Assembly (NCBI GenBank): GCA_043801965.1
Contig: JAZDLN010000011.1
Location: 44,511-108,510, forward strand
Origin: Candidatus Falkowbacteria bacterium
GTDB taxonomy: Bacteria; Patescibacteriota; Patescibacteriia; Patescibacteriales; UBA12075
Direction: 5' to 3'
Length of the DNA stretch: 64,000 bases
Part shown: piece after piece, positions 38,231-48,092 of the stretch
How the letters are laid out: each line of letters starts with the position of its first letter
Numbering within the stretch: the first letter of the stretch is position 1
Made by a program: the position numbers and the translations under genes
The notes under the pieces: generated by a model
Told to the model about the DNA's origin: nothing
Database searches by the model: none
What the model saw: the letters and a program-made list of their open reading frames with translations, nothing else

Positions 38231-38311
38231 ATTTTAGCTTAAAAAATCAATAATCTTAAAATTTCCGGTTGTATATTACCCTCTTCCGGTTTCATGCTTC
38301 ATGTTTCATGA

Positions 38312-39367
38312 TTATAGAAACTTGAACTTCTCCAGTAATTCCGGACTGATCATGTGCGCCTGGGCGGTCTCCTTCGAGATCAGTTTTTCTTTGTATAATC
38401 TCTGCAGATCCTGATCGATCGAGACCATGCCTTCTTTCGAGCTCGTTTCAATGACCGTCTTTAACTGGGCCGATTTCCCTTCGCGGATAAGATTCGCGAT
38501 CGCGACCGTGTTGATCATGATCTCGCGGGAAGAGACGCGCCCGCCGTCGATCTTAGGGAGTAACCTTTGGGAGATGACGCCCGCCAGGGTCGTCGAGAGC
38601 TGCATCCGGACCTGGTTTTGCTGGTGCGGCGGGAAGATATCGATTATCCGGTCGATCGTCTGGGACGCGTTATAAGTATGGAGCGTGGCGAGGACTAAGT
38701 GCCCGGTCTCGGCCAGAGTGATCGTCGTGGCGATCGTTTCAAGATCGCGCATTTCGCCGACCATGATCACGTTCGGATCCTGCCTTAAAGCGTGCTTTAA
38801 GCCCTCGGCGAAAGAGACCATATCGCTTCCGAGCTGGCGCTGGATAATAATGCTCTTCTTGGGCTTGAAGAGATATTCGATCGGGTCTTCCAGGGTTATG
38901 ATATTGCAGAACCGGTTCTCGTTTATGTAATTGACCATAGCGGCCAGGCTCGTCGATTTGCCGCAACCGGTCGGGCCGGTCAAAAGGATAAGCCCCTGCT
39001 GAAGGTCGAGAAGTTTATAGATGACGTTGGGCATCTCGATCTCTTCCAGGGTCGGCATCTTATCGTTGATCACGCGGGCCACGAGGCCGATATTCCCTTT
39101 TTCAAAATGCAGGTTTATCCGGAAGCGGAAATGCTCGATCTCAAAGCCGATATCAAGCTCCCGTTCGCGCAGGAACTTTTCTTTTTGGGCCTCGTTTAAG
39201 AGAGAGTATACCATCTGCTCCATGTCCTTGCCCGCGAGGCTTTTCTTTTCCTGGATATAGGTAAGATTGCCGTCGATCCGCAGCGCCGGCGGCAGGCCGA
39301 CGACCAGGTGAAGATCGGAGGCCTTTTTGTCCGCCGCGATCTGGAATAGATCTTTAATATTTGTCAT
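38312..39367 (-). CDS. pilT: type IV pilus twitching-motility ATPase PilT
   Basis: Walker A GPTGCGKST, conserved DPIEY..., MVGEMRDLETI and LVLATLHT boxes. Confidence 0.9.
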   Translation of the reverse strand: MTNIKDLFQIAADKKASDLHLVVGLPPALRIDGNLTYIQEKKSLAGKDMEQMVYSLLNEAQKEKFLRERELDIGFEIEHFRFRINLHFEKGNIGLVARVINDKMPTLEEIEMPNVIYKLLDLQQGLILLTGPTGCGKSTSLAAMVNYINENRFCNIITLEDPIEYLFKPKKSIIIQRQLGSDMVSFAEGLKHALRQDPNVIMVGEMRDLETIATTITLAETGHLVLATLHTYNASQTIDRIIDIFPPHQQNQVRMQLSTTLAGVISQRLLPKIDGGRVSSREIMINTVAIANLIREGKSAQLKTVIETSSKEGMVSIDQDLQRLYKEKLISKETAQAHMISPELLEKFKFL

Positions 39368-39467
39368 ATTGATTTTTACACAAACTAATACTTAATACTC
39401 ATACTTAAATAATACCACAAAAATGGAAAATAAAAAAACCATCCCTTTTTAAAGATGGCTCTGATTT

Positions 39468-39731
39468 TTATCTGATAAACCAGTTTTTAAGGTCCGGTAT
39501 AGCCGGCAATGACAAAGCATCCATCAGATGAGGAAAAAAATAAACCATATTACCGGATATCATCCCCGCGAACATCGCGATTGCGTAAGACAAAAAAATA
39601 GCGCCCTTGACCGTCTGCTTATATTTTTTAAGCAAAAACACTAAAACGGTCACCGCGAATACTACCTGCAGCCACGCCATAGTAAAATACCCGATAAAGA
39701 TCCCGATCAGGCAAAACACTAAGAACCACAT
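39468..39731 (-). CDS. small three-TM hypothetical membrane protein
   Basis: 87-aa hydrophobic ORF. Confidence 0.4.
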   Translation of the reverse strand: MWFLVFCLIGIFIGYFTMAWLQVVFAVTVLVFLLKKYKQTVKGAIFLSYAIAMFAGMISGNMVYFFPHLMDALSLPAIPDLKNWFIR

Positions 39732-39788
39732 TTTTTTCTCCCCCTGGTTAAAAGAACTTTATTTAAAAAAAATTATTATCTAATAATA

Positions 39789-40094
39789 TCAAGCTCTTTC
39801 GTTCTTCATGAACTCCATTTTCAATATATCCATGGCTCTGTCGATAACCGCTAAATTCTTCCGGCCGGCATCATCGTTTCTGACCCATTTCAGGCTTAAC
39901 TCATAATATTTTTCCCTGATGGTTTCCATCAATAGATGGTCGTTCGGTTTGAAACCGAAAATTTGACGCGCCTGCTCCAGCGTTATATCATCCGTATCTT
40001 CGATTTTACCGTCGAAAATATCCGGCGCTTGTCTCATGTTTGGTTCTTTCTCTGTCATCCGTGGGTTAGTTATGAATAATTCGCCATTCGACAA
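39789..40094 (-). CDS. hypothetical protein
   Basis: 101-aa ORF. Start uncertain and no motif recognised. Confidence 0.35.
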   Translation of the reverse strand: MSNGELFITNPRMTEKEPNMRQAPDIFDGKIEDTDDITLEQARQIFGFKPNDHLLMETIREKYYELSLKWVRNDDAGRKNLAVIDRAMDILKMEFMKNERA

Positions 40095-40141
40095 TTTTTC
40101 CCCGCCTACAGGCGGGGCGAGATCGGCAATCGGCTATCCCA

Positions 40142-40834
40142 TTACCACCCTTTCTCTATGATCCCGTTCCGGGCGGCTTCGACCTGCGCCTCCTGCTTAC
40201 TTGAGCCCTCGCCCTCGGCCACGAGTTCGTCGCCTAAATACAGACCAACCACGAAGATCTTGGCGTGATCCGGACCGGATTCTTTCAAAACCTTGTAGTA
40301 CGGGGTTACCCGGTAGATCTCCTGCGCCTTTTCCTGGAATTTCGATTTCGGATCGAGGTAAAGCTTGTTGGTAAGGATATTTTCAAGCTTGCTTAAGATA
40401 AAAGTCTTAATGAACTTCTTGGCGGCGCTGATCTTCTGATCGAGATAGACCGCTCCGATCAAAGCCTCGACGGCGTTGGCCAGGATATACTGTCTGGCCT
40501 TGGAGTTAGAATCCTTGGATTCGCCCCGGGAAAGGTAAAGATAGTCCTCGAGGCCGATCTCCTGGGCTATGATCGAAAGCATTTTCGAGTTGACCAGACT
40601 GGCCCGCCAGTTGGTAAGCTCCCCTTCCGGAGTATCAGGATAATTCTTGAATAAATATTCGGTAACCACGATCTCCAGGACCGCGTCTCCCAAAAACTCC
40701 AGCCGTTCATTGTGATAGAGTTCGAATTGCGGATGCTCGTTAAGATAAGAACGATGCACCACTGATTGCTTTAAAAGATCGATATTCTTGAATTCGATAT
40801 CGATCGTTTTTTCCAGTCTGGAAAAATCCCTCAT
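40142..40834 (-). CDS. rnc: ribonuclease III
   Basis: NERLEFLGDAVL catalytic signature and a C-terminal dsRBD. Confidence 0.92.
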   Translation of the reverse strand: MRDFSRLEKTIDIEFKNIDLLKQSVVHRSYLNEHPQFELYHNERLEFLGDAVLEIVVTEYLFKNYPDTPEGELTNWRASLVNSKMLSIIAQEIGLEDYLYLSRGESKDSNSKARQYILANAVEALIGAVYLDQKISAAKKFIKTFILSKLENILTNKLYLDPKSKFQEKAQEIYRVTPYYKVLKESGPDHAKIFVVGLYLGDELVAEGEGSSKQEAQVEAARNGIIEKGW

Positions 40835-41000
40835 AAAATTTCCATTGCTAGATTATTGAATTGCTAAATTAGAAACAATATAACAATGCAACAACGTAAC
40901 AACTAATATTGATTTACCGGCTTAGCCGCGGACGCGCAACTAAAAATAACGCGTCTCTCCCGCTTGTCGGCAGCCGTGTATTTGCGCTATCGTATAGCGG

Positions 41001-41468
41001 TTATTTTTTAATTTCCTCTTTACCGGCCTCCTTAACGGCTTCCGGTTTTTTTTCCGTGTCCAGGTCCTTGTAGATCGCGCCCAGGACCCCGTTGACGAAT
41101 TTGCCCGACGAATCGGAACCGAAGGTCTTGGCGATCTCGATCGCTTCGTTGATCGCCACTTTGGCCGGAATATCGCGGTTGAATACGAGTTCGTAAACTC
41201 CGATCCGCAGGATATTGCGGTCTACGATCGTTATCTGGTCCAAGGGCCACTCGGTGGCATACTTGGTGATATACCGGTCGATGTCCGGCAGGTTCTCCAT
41301 AACTCCGCCGATAAGCTCGCTGACGAAACCGCGATCGTCGAATTCGGGCGCGAAGTTCTTAAAAACCCCCTTAACCACGTCTTCCAATTCAATCCCTTCT
41401 TTGCCCTGGAAATCCCATAAAAAAAGGGATTGCATGGCAATGGTTCTGGCTAGATGCCTGTTTGACAT
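41001..41468 (-). CDS. nusB: transcription antitermination factor NusB
   Basis: [15 protein letters not shown] opening and a NusB-like helical core ([22 protein letters not shown]). Confidence 0.85.
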   Translation of the reverse strand: MSNRHLARTIAMQSLFLWDFQGKEGIELEDVVKGVFKNFAPEFDDRGFVSELIGGVMENLPDIDRYITKYATEWPLDQITIVDRNILRIGVYELVFNRDIPAKVAINEAIEIAKTFGSDSSGKFVNGVLGAIYKDLDTEKKPEAVKEAGKEEIKK

Positions 41469-41518
41469 ATTTATTAGCTTTTAGCTATGGGTGTCCCGAT
41501 AATGCCGGGACTGTTTTG

Positions 41519-41719
41519 TTATTTAGTTTTTTTAGCTTTTTTCGGCTTGATCGCTAGGACTTCCCGGCCTTTGTAAAAACCGCAAAACAGACAGGTTTCG
41601 TGCGATTTTACGGCTTGGCCGCATTTGGGGCATTTCGCTAAATTGCTTTTTTTAAGAGCGAGATGCGACCGTCTGCGCCGTTTAGCGCTTACTGGTCTTC
41701 TTTTTGGCGGAACTGGCAT
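41519..41719 (-). CDS. rpmF: 50S ribosomal protein L32
   Basis: MPVPPKRRPVSAKRRRRSH...CPKCGQ...H..C..CG.Y. Confidence 0.9.
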   Translation of the reverse strand: MPVPPKRRPVSAKRRRRSHLALKKSNLAKCPKCGQAVKSHETCLFCGFYKGREVLAIKPKKAKKTK

Positions 41720-42099
41720 ATTATGATCGTCGATTTGTGAATGTCGAATAGCCCGTTAGCTTGAACATTTCCAAATCAGGACATTTTATTATTAAAATTA
41801 CTTCTAATATACCTAATATAACGGAAAATTTATAAAAAGTCAAATGTTCCCGAATTATTAGTAAAATTACGGATATTCCCAGGATTTTATATTTCTCATT
41901 CTTCTTGCTTGTTGGCGCTTTTATCTCCCGTCAATCTAAATAATAATCAATAATACCTTCCATATTTTTCATAAGGCTAAATCATTATTTTTTTATAAAT
42001 AATAATTGACATTTTAAGAAAAATTATGTAATATTTAAAATTAAAAACAGCTTTGTTTTATTATTGTTCATCACAATCTAGCACAAACAGGGAGGTAAT

Positions 42100-42801
42100 A
42101 TGAACACGATTTGCGAAATTATCGTTTGGATCAGCAATAATATACTGTTGTCGCTTTTGTGGTATACCGTATTTTCGGTGCTGGCCGGACTCGTATGTTC
42201 CGTCCTGGTGATGGTAAAACACGAAGACGGGCGCTGGGGGGGCATCAAAGAAGACAGTCTTATTCTTAAAATTTTCTACGGTGTGAATTTATTTATGCTT
42301 TGGTGTGATTTTAATATTACTGTCCCGGACAACAGCTGCAGGCTAATCAGAACCTTTATTCTTTCGTTCCTCTTGTCCCCGCTGATTATTTTTTTCCACC
42401 TAATGATGTTCCTGGTGCATGGGCTTGTGGTTGGATTGATAGGAATGATTTTCGTAATGGGGCGCGTCCCTAAAACCGCAAAAATCCCCATAGCTTGGAA
42501 AAAAGAGGATTATTTTTCTCTGCCTTTCTATTTGAGTCCCGCTTTCCTATTTTTTCTAAGTTCGTTTTACTGGGGCTGGGAATTCTGGCGAAAAATTATC
42601 CAGGGCATGAGCGCCGGTTTAACGGGGGGAGACGAAGCGTTCCGGGCCATATTCGCTTTTTTGACGTATTTTGTCGGGACCGTTTTGTTCCTGGTGCTCA
42701 TATATCTCGTTTACAAATTTTTTCCACGCGAGAAAACAAAAACCGTCGTAGAATCACTGAAGAATAAATACTGTATTAAATTCATTTCACTCAAAGAATA
42801 A
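42100..42801 (+). CDS. hypothetical polytopic membrane protein
   Basis: 233-aa ORF with at least 6 hydrophobic helices. RBS gggagg. Confidence 0.55.
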   Translation: MNTICEIIVWISNNILLSLLWYTVFSVLAGLVCSVLVMVKHEDGRWGGIKEDSLILKIFYGVNLFMLWCDFNITVPDNSCRLIRTFILSFLLSPLIIFFHLMMFLVHGLVVGLIGMIFVMGRVPKTAKIPIAWKKEDYFSLPFYLSPAFLFFLSSFYWGWEFWRKIIQGMSAGLTGGDEAFRAIFAFLTYFVGTVLFLVLIYLVYKFFPREKTKTVVESLKNKYCIKFISLKE

Positions 42802-42861
42802 AACGACGCTTAAGTTCGAAAAATATAATATTATTAATCTGCTCTTTTTGAAAAATAAAAC

Positions 42862-42890
42862 GCAGGGTCAAATAACCCTGCTTTTTGTTT
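42862..42890. terminator. bidirectional terminator
   Basis: gcagggt-caaata-accctgcttttt. Confidence 0.65.
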
Positions 42891-43082
42891 TTATCGACTT
42901 ATAAAGCCGCCCCATAAATTGCCGCATCTCGGGCATCGTTTCCAGTATACCCAGCCGTTTTCGGTATGGTTATAGATCCCGCGCCAATGGAAAAGGGCGC
43001 ATCTTAAGCTGCCTCTCCGAATCCATCGTACTGACAGGTATAGTCCTAGATAAAACGAGAAAATAATAATGAACGAATACAC
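42891..43082 (-). CDS. small hypothetical protein (TM helix plus CxxC)
   Basis: GTG start preceded by a strong RBS, aaggagg. Confidence 0.45.
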   Translation of the reverse strand: MYSFIIIFSFYLGLYLSVRWIRRGSLRCALFHWRGIYNHTENGWVYWKRCPRCGNLWGGFISR

Positions 43083-43115
43083 AGATTCCTCCTTCTTGCG
43101 TTGAAATTTCCAAAA

Positions 43116-44312
43116 TCAATAAATGAACATCGCGTCGCCGTAACTATAGAAACGGTATAAAGACTTTACGGCATGAGCATAGGCTCTGTCAATGTTGTCT
43201 TTGCCCGCGAAAGCCGAAACCAGCATTAAAAGAGTCGATTTCGGCAGATGAAAATTCGTGATCATGACATCGACGATCTTGAACTCGTAGCCGGGATAAA
43301 TAAATATGTCTACGTTTTTTTGAAAACCCTTAAATTGTTTTTCGTATTGAGTGTTTTGAAATTGATTATTGATTGGATATTGGATATTGGATATTGGATA
43401 TTCGGAAACCATAGCCTCAAGCGTGCGGGTCGAAGTGGTGCCTACGGTAATAATGCGTCGTCCCTGATGCTTCGCTAAATAAACGTTAGCCATGGTTTCG
43501 GCCGATACCTCGACCCATTCCGCATGCATTTTGTGATCAGTGATGATTTCCGCTTTGACCGGCGCGAAGGTGCCCAGACCCACGTGCAGCGTGACATATT
43601 CTATTTGTACGCCCTTCGCTTTTATCTTCTCCATCAATTCCGGCGTGAAATGCAGTCCGGCGGTCGGCGCCGCCACCGATCCGGTCTTATTTTTATCCGC
43701 GTAAATTGTTTGATACGATTTCTCGTCATTAATCAATTCGTTACGCGTTACGCGTTTTGCGTTACGCGAAATGTACGGTGGCAGCGGCGTCTGCCCGATT
43801 TTCTCCACGATCTTCATCATCTCCTCGCCCGCCTTATTGAATTCAACGGTAAAAGTACCGTCGCCGTTATTTTTTATTGCCAGCGCCTTAAGGCCGCCGT
43901 CAAATTCCACTTCTAAACCCTCTTTGCGCCGATGTCCCCCAACCAGGCAAATCCAGCGATCTCCCCTCGCCCGCGGCGAAGCCGGGGGAGAGGGGTCGGG
44001 GGTGAGGGCATGCACCAGAAAAACCTCAACACGCCCGCCCGTACCCTTCCGCTCCCCGATCAAGCGCGCTGGAAAAACTTTGGAATTATTCAAAACCAAA
44101 ACATCGCCGGTTCGCAAATAACCGACGATATCATAAAAATACTTGTCTTCAATTCCAGGCGCTCCCACCCCCTCTGTATCTCCCCCTCCGGCAGGGGGAG
44201 AAAAACGGCGTAATACCAAAAGCCGCGAGTGGTCCCGCGGTTCTACCGGCTCCTGAGCGATAAGCTCTTTGGGCAAATTGTAATCAAAATCGCTTAACTT
44301 CACATAACGCAT
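43116..44312 (-). CDS. queA: S-adenosylmethionine:tRNA ribosyltransferase-isomerase, carrying four in-frame repeat-derived insertions
   Basis: LSDFDYNLPKELIAQEP, PLPPYI, VAAPTAGLHFT, VTLHVGLGTF, ITVGTTS and NFHLPKSTLLMLVSAF...FYSYGDAMFI motifs. 398 aa versus the ~350 typical. Confidence 0.9.
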   Translation of the reverse strand: MRYVKLSDFDYNLPKELIAQEPVEPRDHSRLLVLRRFSPPAGGGDTEGVGAPGIEDKYFYDIVGYLRTGDVLVLNNSKVFPARLIGERKGTGGRVEVFLVHALTPDPSPPASPRARGDRWICLVGGHRRKEGLEVEFDGGLKALAIKNNGDGTFTVEFNKAGEEMMKIVEKIGQTPLPPYISRNAKRVTRNELINDEKSYQTIYADKNKTGSVAAPTAGLHFTPELMEKIKAKGVQIEYVTLHVGLGTFAPVKAEIITDHKMHAEWVEVSAETMANVYLAKHQGRRIITVGTTSTRTLEAMVSEYPISNIQYPINNQFQNTQYEKQFKGFQKNVDIFIYPGYEFKIVDVMITNFHLPKSTLLMLVSAFAGKDNIDRAYAHAVKSLYRFYSYGDAMFIY

Positions 44313-44370
44313 AGCGCATAACGCATAACGCTCTTTGTGCGTTACGCGTTATGCGTTCCACGTTACGCGT
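44303..44370. repeat. palindrome of TAACGCA / TGCGTTA 7-mers spanning the stop of one gene and the start of queA
   Basis: cataacgc atagcgca taacgca taacgc - tctttg - tgcgtta cgcgtta tgcgttc cacgtta cgcgt. Confidence 0.7.
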
Positions 44371-44935
44371 TCTCGGCCCGGTTCTTCTGCACCAGCTTGA
44401 TTATTATGTCCCGGATGTGGTCCGGATTCGGCACCTGGCGGAAACTGAAGCGCTCTTCCGCGGTACCGGCCGTCTGCACGTGCACGTCGCCGAATTTTAA
44501 TACCGTCGGGATAAAACCGTGCGTCTCGCTCGTCACGTCCTGGATGCGGAAAAGCTTGTGCTCGGCCACCACCCGCGAAAAAAAACCTCGCTGATCGATA
44601 TAGATTATCCGGCGGTTCGTTATTATCCACGAATCGAGATAATAATCAACGAAAGAAAAAAAGAAAAAAAGCCAAACAAAAAGATAGTAAGCGCTTGTCC
44701 CAAGGGTAATCAGGGGAAGGGAAACGGTACCGGCTAATACGGTGGCGTCATTATTTATCATCAGATAAAAAAACCCGACTGGCAGAACTAAAAGGACGGC
44801 GAATATAACGACGCGCTTGAAAATTATAAAAATATCGCGCCTGACGACACGGACGATCGATTCGTCTGGAAGTTTGTTGGGAAGATAATTAAGGGATAAC
44901 ATTTTAAACAATAAAATACTAAAGGTTAAAAACAA
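44363..44935 (-). CDS. membrane protein with bacterial PH (bPH_2, YdbS/YdbT-like) domain
   Basis: Two TM helices, then WIITNRRIIYIDQRGFFSRVVAEHKLFRIQDV...KFGDVHVQTAG. Confidence 0.65.
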   Translation of the reverse strand: MFLTFSILLFKMLSLNYLPNKLPDESIVRVVRRDIFIIFKRVVIFAVLLVLPVGFFYLMINNDATVLAGTVSLPLITLGTSAYYLFVWLFFFFSFVDYYLDSWIITNRRIIYIDQRGFFSRVVAEHKLFRIQDVTSETHGFIPTVLKFGDVHVQTAGTAEERFSFRQVPNPDHIRDIIIKLVQKNRAENA

Positions 44936-44948
44936 AAATTATTTTTTC

Positions 44949-45071
44949 TGTCATTTCGACTGGAGCGGAGCGGAAGGAGAAATCTTTAATATGCCGGAAA
45001 CCTTAATAATAATGTTCAACTGATACACAGAGTATTATAGATCTCTCCTCCCGCGGGTCGTCGAGATGACA
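44949..45071. mobile_element. MITE-like element with 12-bp TGTCATYTCGAC terminal inverted repeats
   Basis: tgtcatttcgac...gtcgagatgaca. Internal ggagaaatc / gatctctcc. Confidence 0.45.
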
Positions 45072-45078
45072 AAAACGT

Positions 45079-45345
45079 TTATTGAAACGGCATCGGCCTT
45101 TTAAAGGCGTCAAGCAATCCTTCGAAGAGCGAAATATTTATGTCCCATTCTAGCTGGTTAATATAATAAAACGAAACGGAAAGCATTACAACGGCCACGA
45201 CTAAGAAAAAAAACGTCGACAAAAACGTAAAAAAGGTCTTGAAGCCGAACTTGAGCATATGATAAAGACCGGCCAGGAAGAATATGGCCCAGAGCGCCAG
45301 AAAAGCGTAATAGATATATAGAAGTATTACTAAAGAAAAAGTCAT
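45079..45345 (-). CDS. small hypothetical membrane protein
   Basis: 88-aa ORF with 3 hydrophobic helices. Confidence 0.4.
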   Translation of the reverse strand: MTFSLVILLYIYYAFLALWAIFFLAGLYHMLKFGFKTFFTFLSTFFFLVVAVVMLSVSFYYINQLEWDINISLFEGLLDAFKRPMPFQ

Positions 45346-45374
45346 ACGATGCGTAACGATTCATTAAAAATTTT

Positions 45375-45512
45375 TAATTATCAATTTTCAATTTACAGTG
45401 AATTTCCAATTTTTTAATTTTTCAAATACCGGCTTATCGGCTTATGGCAATAAATAATTTAAATTGAAAATTTGATCATTGATTGAAAATTGTAAATTGA
45501 AAATTGTAAATT
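45375..45512. repeat. palindrome with arms of degenerate 7-mers (AATTTNC / GAAAATT)
   Basis: aattatc aattttc aatttac ... gaaaatt gtaaatt gaaaatt gtaaatt. The centre carries ccggcttatcggcttatgg. Confidence 0.75.
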
Positions 45513-45558
45513 ATAACCTGTTTCTTTTTTGAATATAACAAAAATATAAACCGGGGTA

Positions 45559-46620
45559 TTACGCATTACGCATTAAAGTCCCTTGTCCCGGTTTCTTTCT
45601 TCCCAGGTGTCCGTAAGCGAGGTCGGTCGCGAGCCTTCCCCGGGGAGAGCGGTCTAAAAACCCGAGCTGCATAAGATAGGGCTCGTACACGTCCTCGACC
45701 GTGGCCATATCCTCGCCGGTGGCGGCAGCGATGGTATTTAAGCCCACCGGGCCGCCTTTGAACTTGTCGATAATAAGCTCAAGGATCTTACGGTCGATCC
45801 AGTCAAGGCCGAGTTCATCGACATCAAGCATCTCGAAAGCGTCGCGGCAGTGCTCCGGGTTTATCGTGCCGTTGCCGCGGACGTCGCAATAATCCCGCGT
45901 CCGTTTTAAAAGGCGGTTAGCGACCCGAGGGGTGCGGCGGGACCGGCGGGCGATCTCCCGGGCGGACAGATCGTCAATGCCGATGGAAAGTATCCGGGCG
46001 CTGCGGTTAACTATCCGTTCGATATCGTCATGCTCGTAATAGTTAAGATGATAAACCATGCCGAACCGGTCCCGTAAAGGCGCGGAAAGCAAACTCATCT
46101 TCGTGGTCGCGCCGATGATCGTGAATCTGGGAAGATCGATCCGGAGCGTGCGCGCGCTTGGTCCTTTGCCGATGATAATATCAAGGGCGTAATCTTCCAT
46201 GGCCGGATACAGTATCTCTTCGATCGTTTTATTCAATCGGTGGATCTCGTCGATAAAAAGAATATCGCCCTCGGCAAGATTCGTGAGAATCGCTGCTAAG
46301 TCGCCCGACTTCTCGATGGCCGGTCCGCTCGTAATGCGGATATTGGTTCCGAGTTCGTTCGAGAGTATATGGGCGAGCGTCGTTTTTCCGAGTCCGGGAG
46401 CGCCGTATAAAAGGACATGCTCGATGGGCTCTCCCCTTTTTTTCGCGGCTTCGATCGCTATCCTTAAATTCTCTTTTACCTTTTCCTGTCCGATGTATTC
46501 CTCCAGTGTTTTCGGCCGCAATGTCAAATCAAGCCCCGAGTCCTCGGAACCGTTCTCTTTATTCGCGATAATGCGTTCTTTGTCGTTTTCCATATCTCTA
46601 TTGTAGCTATTTAAAGGCAT
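45559..46620 (-). CDS. ruvB: Holliday junction branch-migration helicase RuvB
   Basis: [19 protein letters not shown], Walker A GPPGLGKTT-like [19 protein letters not shown]. The last codons and the stop lie in ttacgca ttacgca 7-mers. Confidence 0.92.
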   Translation of the reverse strand: MPLNSYNRDMENDKERIIANKENGSEDSGLDLTLRPKTLEEYIGQEKVKENLRIAIEAAKKRGEPIEHVLLYGAPGLGKTTLAHILSNELGTNIRITSGPAIEKSGDLAAILTNLAEGDILFIDEIHRLNKTIEEILYPAMEDYALDIIIGKGPSARTLRIDLPRFTIIGATTKMSLLSAPLRDRFGMVYHLNYYEHDDIERIVNRSARILSIGIDDLSAREIARRSRRTPRVANRLLKRTRDYCDVRGNGTINPEHCRDAFEMLDVDELGLDWIDRKILELIIDKFKGGPVGLNTIAAATGEDMATVEDVYEPYLMQLGFLDRSPRGRLATDLAYGHLGRKKPGQGTLMRNA

Positions 46621-46629
46621 TTTGGCAAA

Positions 46630-46657
46630 TAAAAAACCCGGACTTTTGTGTCCGGGT
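46630..46657 (-). terminator. rho-independent terminator of the lipoprotein gene
   Basis: acccggac-ttttgt-gtccgggt, with a T-run on the minus strand. Confidence 0.65.
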
Positions 46658-46678
46658 GGATATTGTCGATCTCTGTTT

Positions 46679-47032
46679 TTACTTCGTTATTTTTGTCAGG
46701 CGGTGTTTTTGTTTGTCTATGTAAATATCATATGAGGCGTCCGTATCAAGTTTTATGACAACTTCTTCCGGGGCCTGCATCTCCCTGAACGGCCACCACA
46801 CTCCCGTACTTATAGAAATCAGTCTGATTATTTTTAATTCTCTTTTTTCATAACTGAATTCAGCTTTTTCGCAGGCTAAAACAATGTGATTATTTATCTC
46901 CCAATCAAGCAACCTCTCAACCGTTACAAAGCTTTTCGCGTTTATTTCTTTTTGCGGCAAAAACTCACTGTCATCGCCGCAGCCAACGCAAACAACAATT
47001 ATAAACGCAATTACTATAGCGAATGATCTCAT
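46679..47032 (-). CDS. small hypothetical lipoprotein
   Basis: Start moved to M28 (ATG at 47030-47032) behind RBS aaggaggg. [21 protein letters not shown] lipobox-like. Confidence 0.55.
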   Translation of the reverse strand: MRSFAIVIAFIIVVCVGCGDDSEFLPQKEINAKSFVTVERLLDWEINNHIVLACEKAEFSYEKRELKIIRLISISTGVWWPFREMQAPEEVVIKLDTDASYDIYIDKQKHRLTKITK

Positions 47033-47135
47033 CAACACCCTCCTTATTGTTAATGAACAAAAAAAACATAACCGTTTTGCGATTATGCTAGCACAAAAAA
47101 ATGAAAAAGTCAATTTCCGCCGCCTGTCGCGCGCT

Positions 47136-47957
47136 TCACCTTACGTGCTCCGTGCTGTTGTCCGTCTTTCTCACTAAAGCCATCCTGACCATATTCTTGG
47201 TCTGCTCGGTAAAATCAGATTCAAGAATCCATCTTAAGAACTCGGGATCGTTTTCCGCCACCCAGGACAGAGATTTTCCCTGGTACTTGGAAAAAGCGAA
47301 ACAGGCCTCCCCCTTTTCCCAGTAAAATTTCCGGATATTATCCACCCGGAATTCGTCGTCCGGCTCGTGTATCCGGTTGATGAACCCCCAGTCCCTGACC
47401 TCATTATACCTTTCCACTTGCTTCATCAGGACTTCCGCCGCCGCTTCGGCGTATTCCATTATGTTCTTGCGGACGGTCAGGCGCTTGCGGCAATAATAGT
47501 CGTAAGCCGAAGCCAGGTTGGACGGAGCCATATAGTTATAGACCTTCTTCGAATCGATCACCTGCTTGCTGTTATAATCGAAGTCCATTCCCACCCGGAC
47601 GAATTCCCTTCGGAGGACCGGCAGATCGAAATCTAGGATGCTGAATCCTCCGTAATAACAGCCGTTGAACACATCCCAAAGCTCCTGAGCCTTGTCCCGG
47701 AAAGCGGGCTTATCGGCAACGTCTTCGTTCCTGATACCGTGGATCGTGGTCGCTTCCTCGGATATCGGCGTTTCCGGATTTAAAAGCACATTCTCCTTCT
47801 TTATCTTTCCGTCTCCCCATATTTTAATATAGGCGATCTCGATGATCTTATCGGAGCTCATTGATATCCCGGTCGTTTCAATATCGAAAATAACGAGCGG
47901 CTTGTCGAGTTTAAGCAGTTTATGGATCTTTTTGTATTCCCCACCCATTGTGAACAT
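47136..47957 (-). CDS. DEDDh 3'-5' exonuclease (DnaQ-like) with C-terminal extension
   Basis: ExoI motif VIFDIETTG. The C-terminal KYQGKSLSWVAENDPEFLRWILESDF resembles the domain often fused to such exonucleases. Confidence 0.7.
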   Translation of the reverse strand: MFTMGGEYKKIHKLLKLDKPLVIFDIETTGISMSSDKIIEIAYIKIWGDGKIKKENVLLNPETPISEEATTIHGIRNEDVADKPAFRDKAQELWDVFNGCYYGGFSILDFDLPVLRREFVRVGMDFDYNSKQVIDSKKVYNYMAPSNLASAYDYYCRKRLTVRKNIMEYAEAAAEVLMKQVERYNEVRDWGFINRIHEPDDEFRVDNIRKFYWEKGEACFAFSKYQGKSLSWVAENDPEFLRWILESDFTEQTKNMVRMALVRKTDNSTEHVR

Positions 47958-47997
47958 AATAAAAAATTATAATTTAAATCTTTTATACCCTTTAGGC

Positions 47998-48092
47998 ACA
48001 AAATGTAAAATGATAATGAAAAATTTATAATTAAAACGTTGCGGTATTTTGCATTTTAAACTGTCATTTTACATTTTGAGATTTGCATTTTT
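47998..48092. repeat. palindrome with arms of AAAATGN / ATTTTNC 7-mers
   Basis: caaaatg taaaatg ataatga ... attttgc attttaa actgtc attttac attttga gatttgc. Confidence 0.65.

Noticed and set aside
40095-40141. GC hairpin ccccgcctacaggcgggg as the rnc terminator
   Set aside because: On the minus strand it is followed by an A-run rather than a T-run, and on the plus strand no gene ends there. It is more likely another member of the GC mini-hairpin population than a terminator.
47033-47113. 27-aa N-terminal extension of the 144-aa track ORF
   Set aside because: The internal ATG at 47030-47032 is preceded by aaggaggg and begins a lipoprotein-type signal sequence. The extension has no translation signals.
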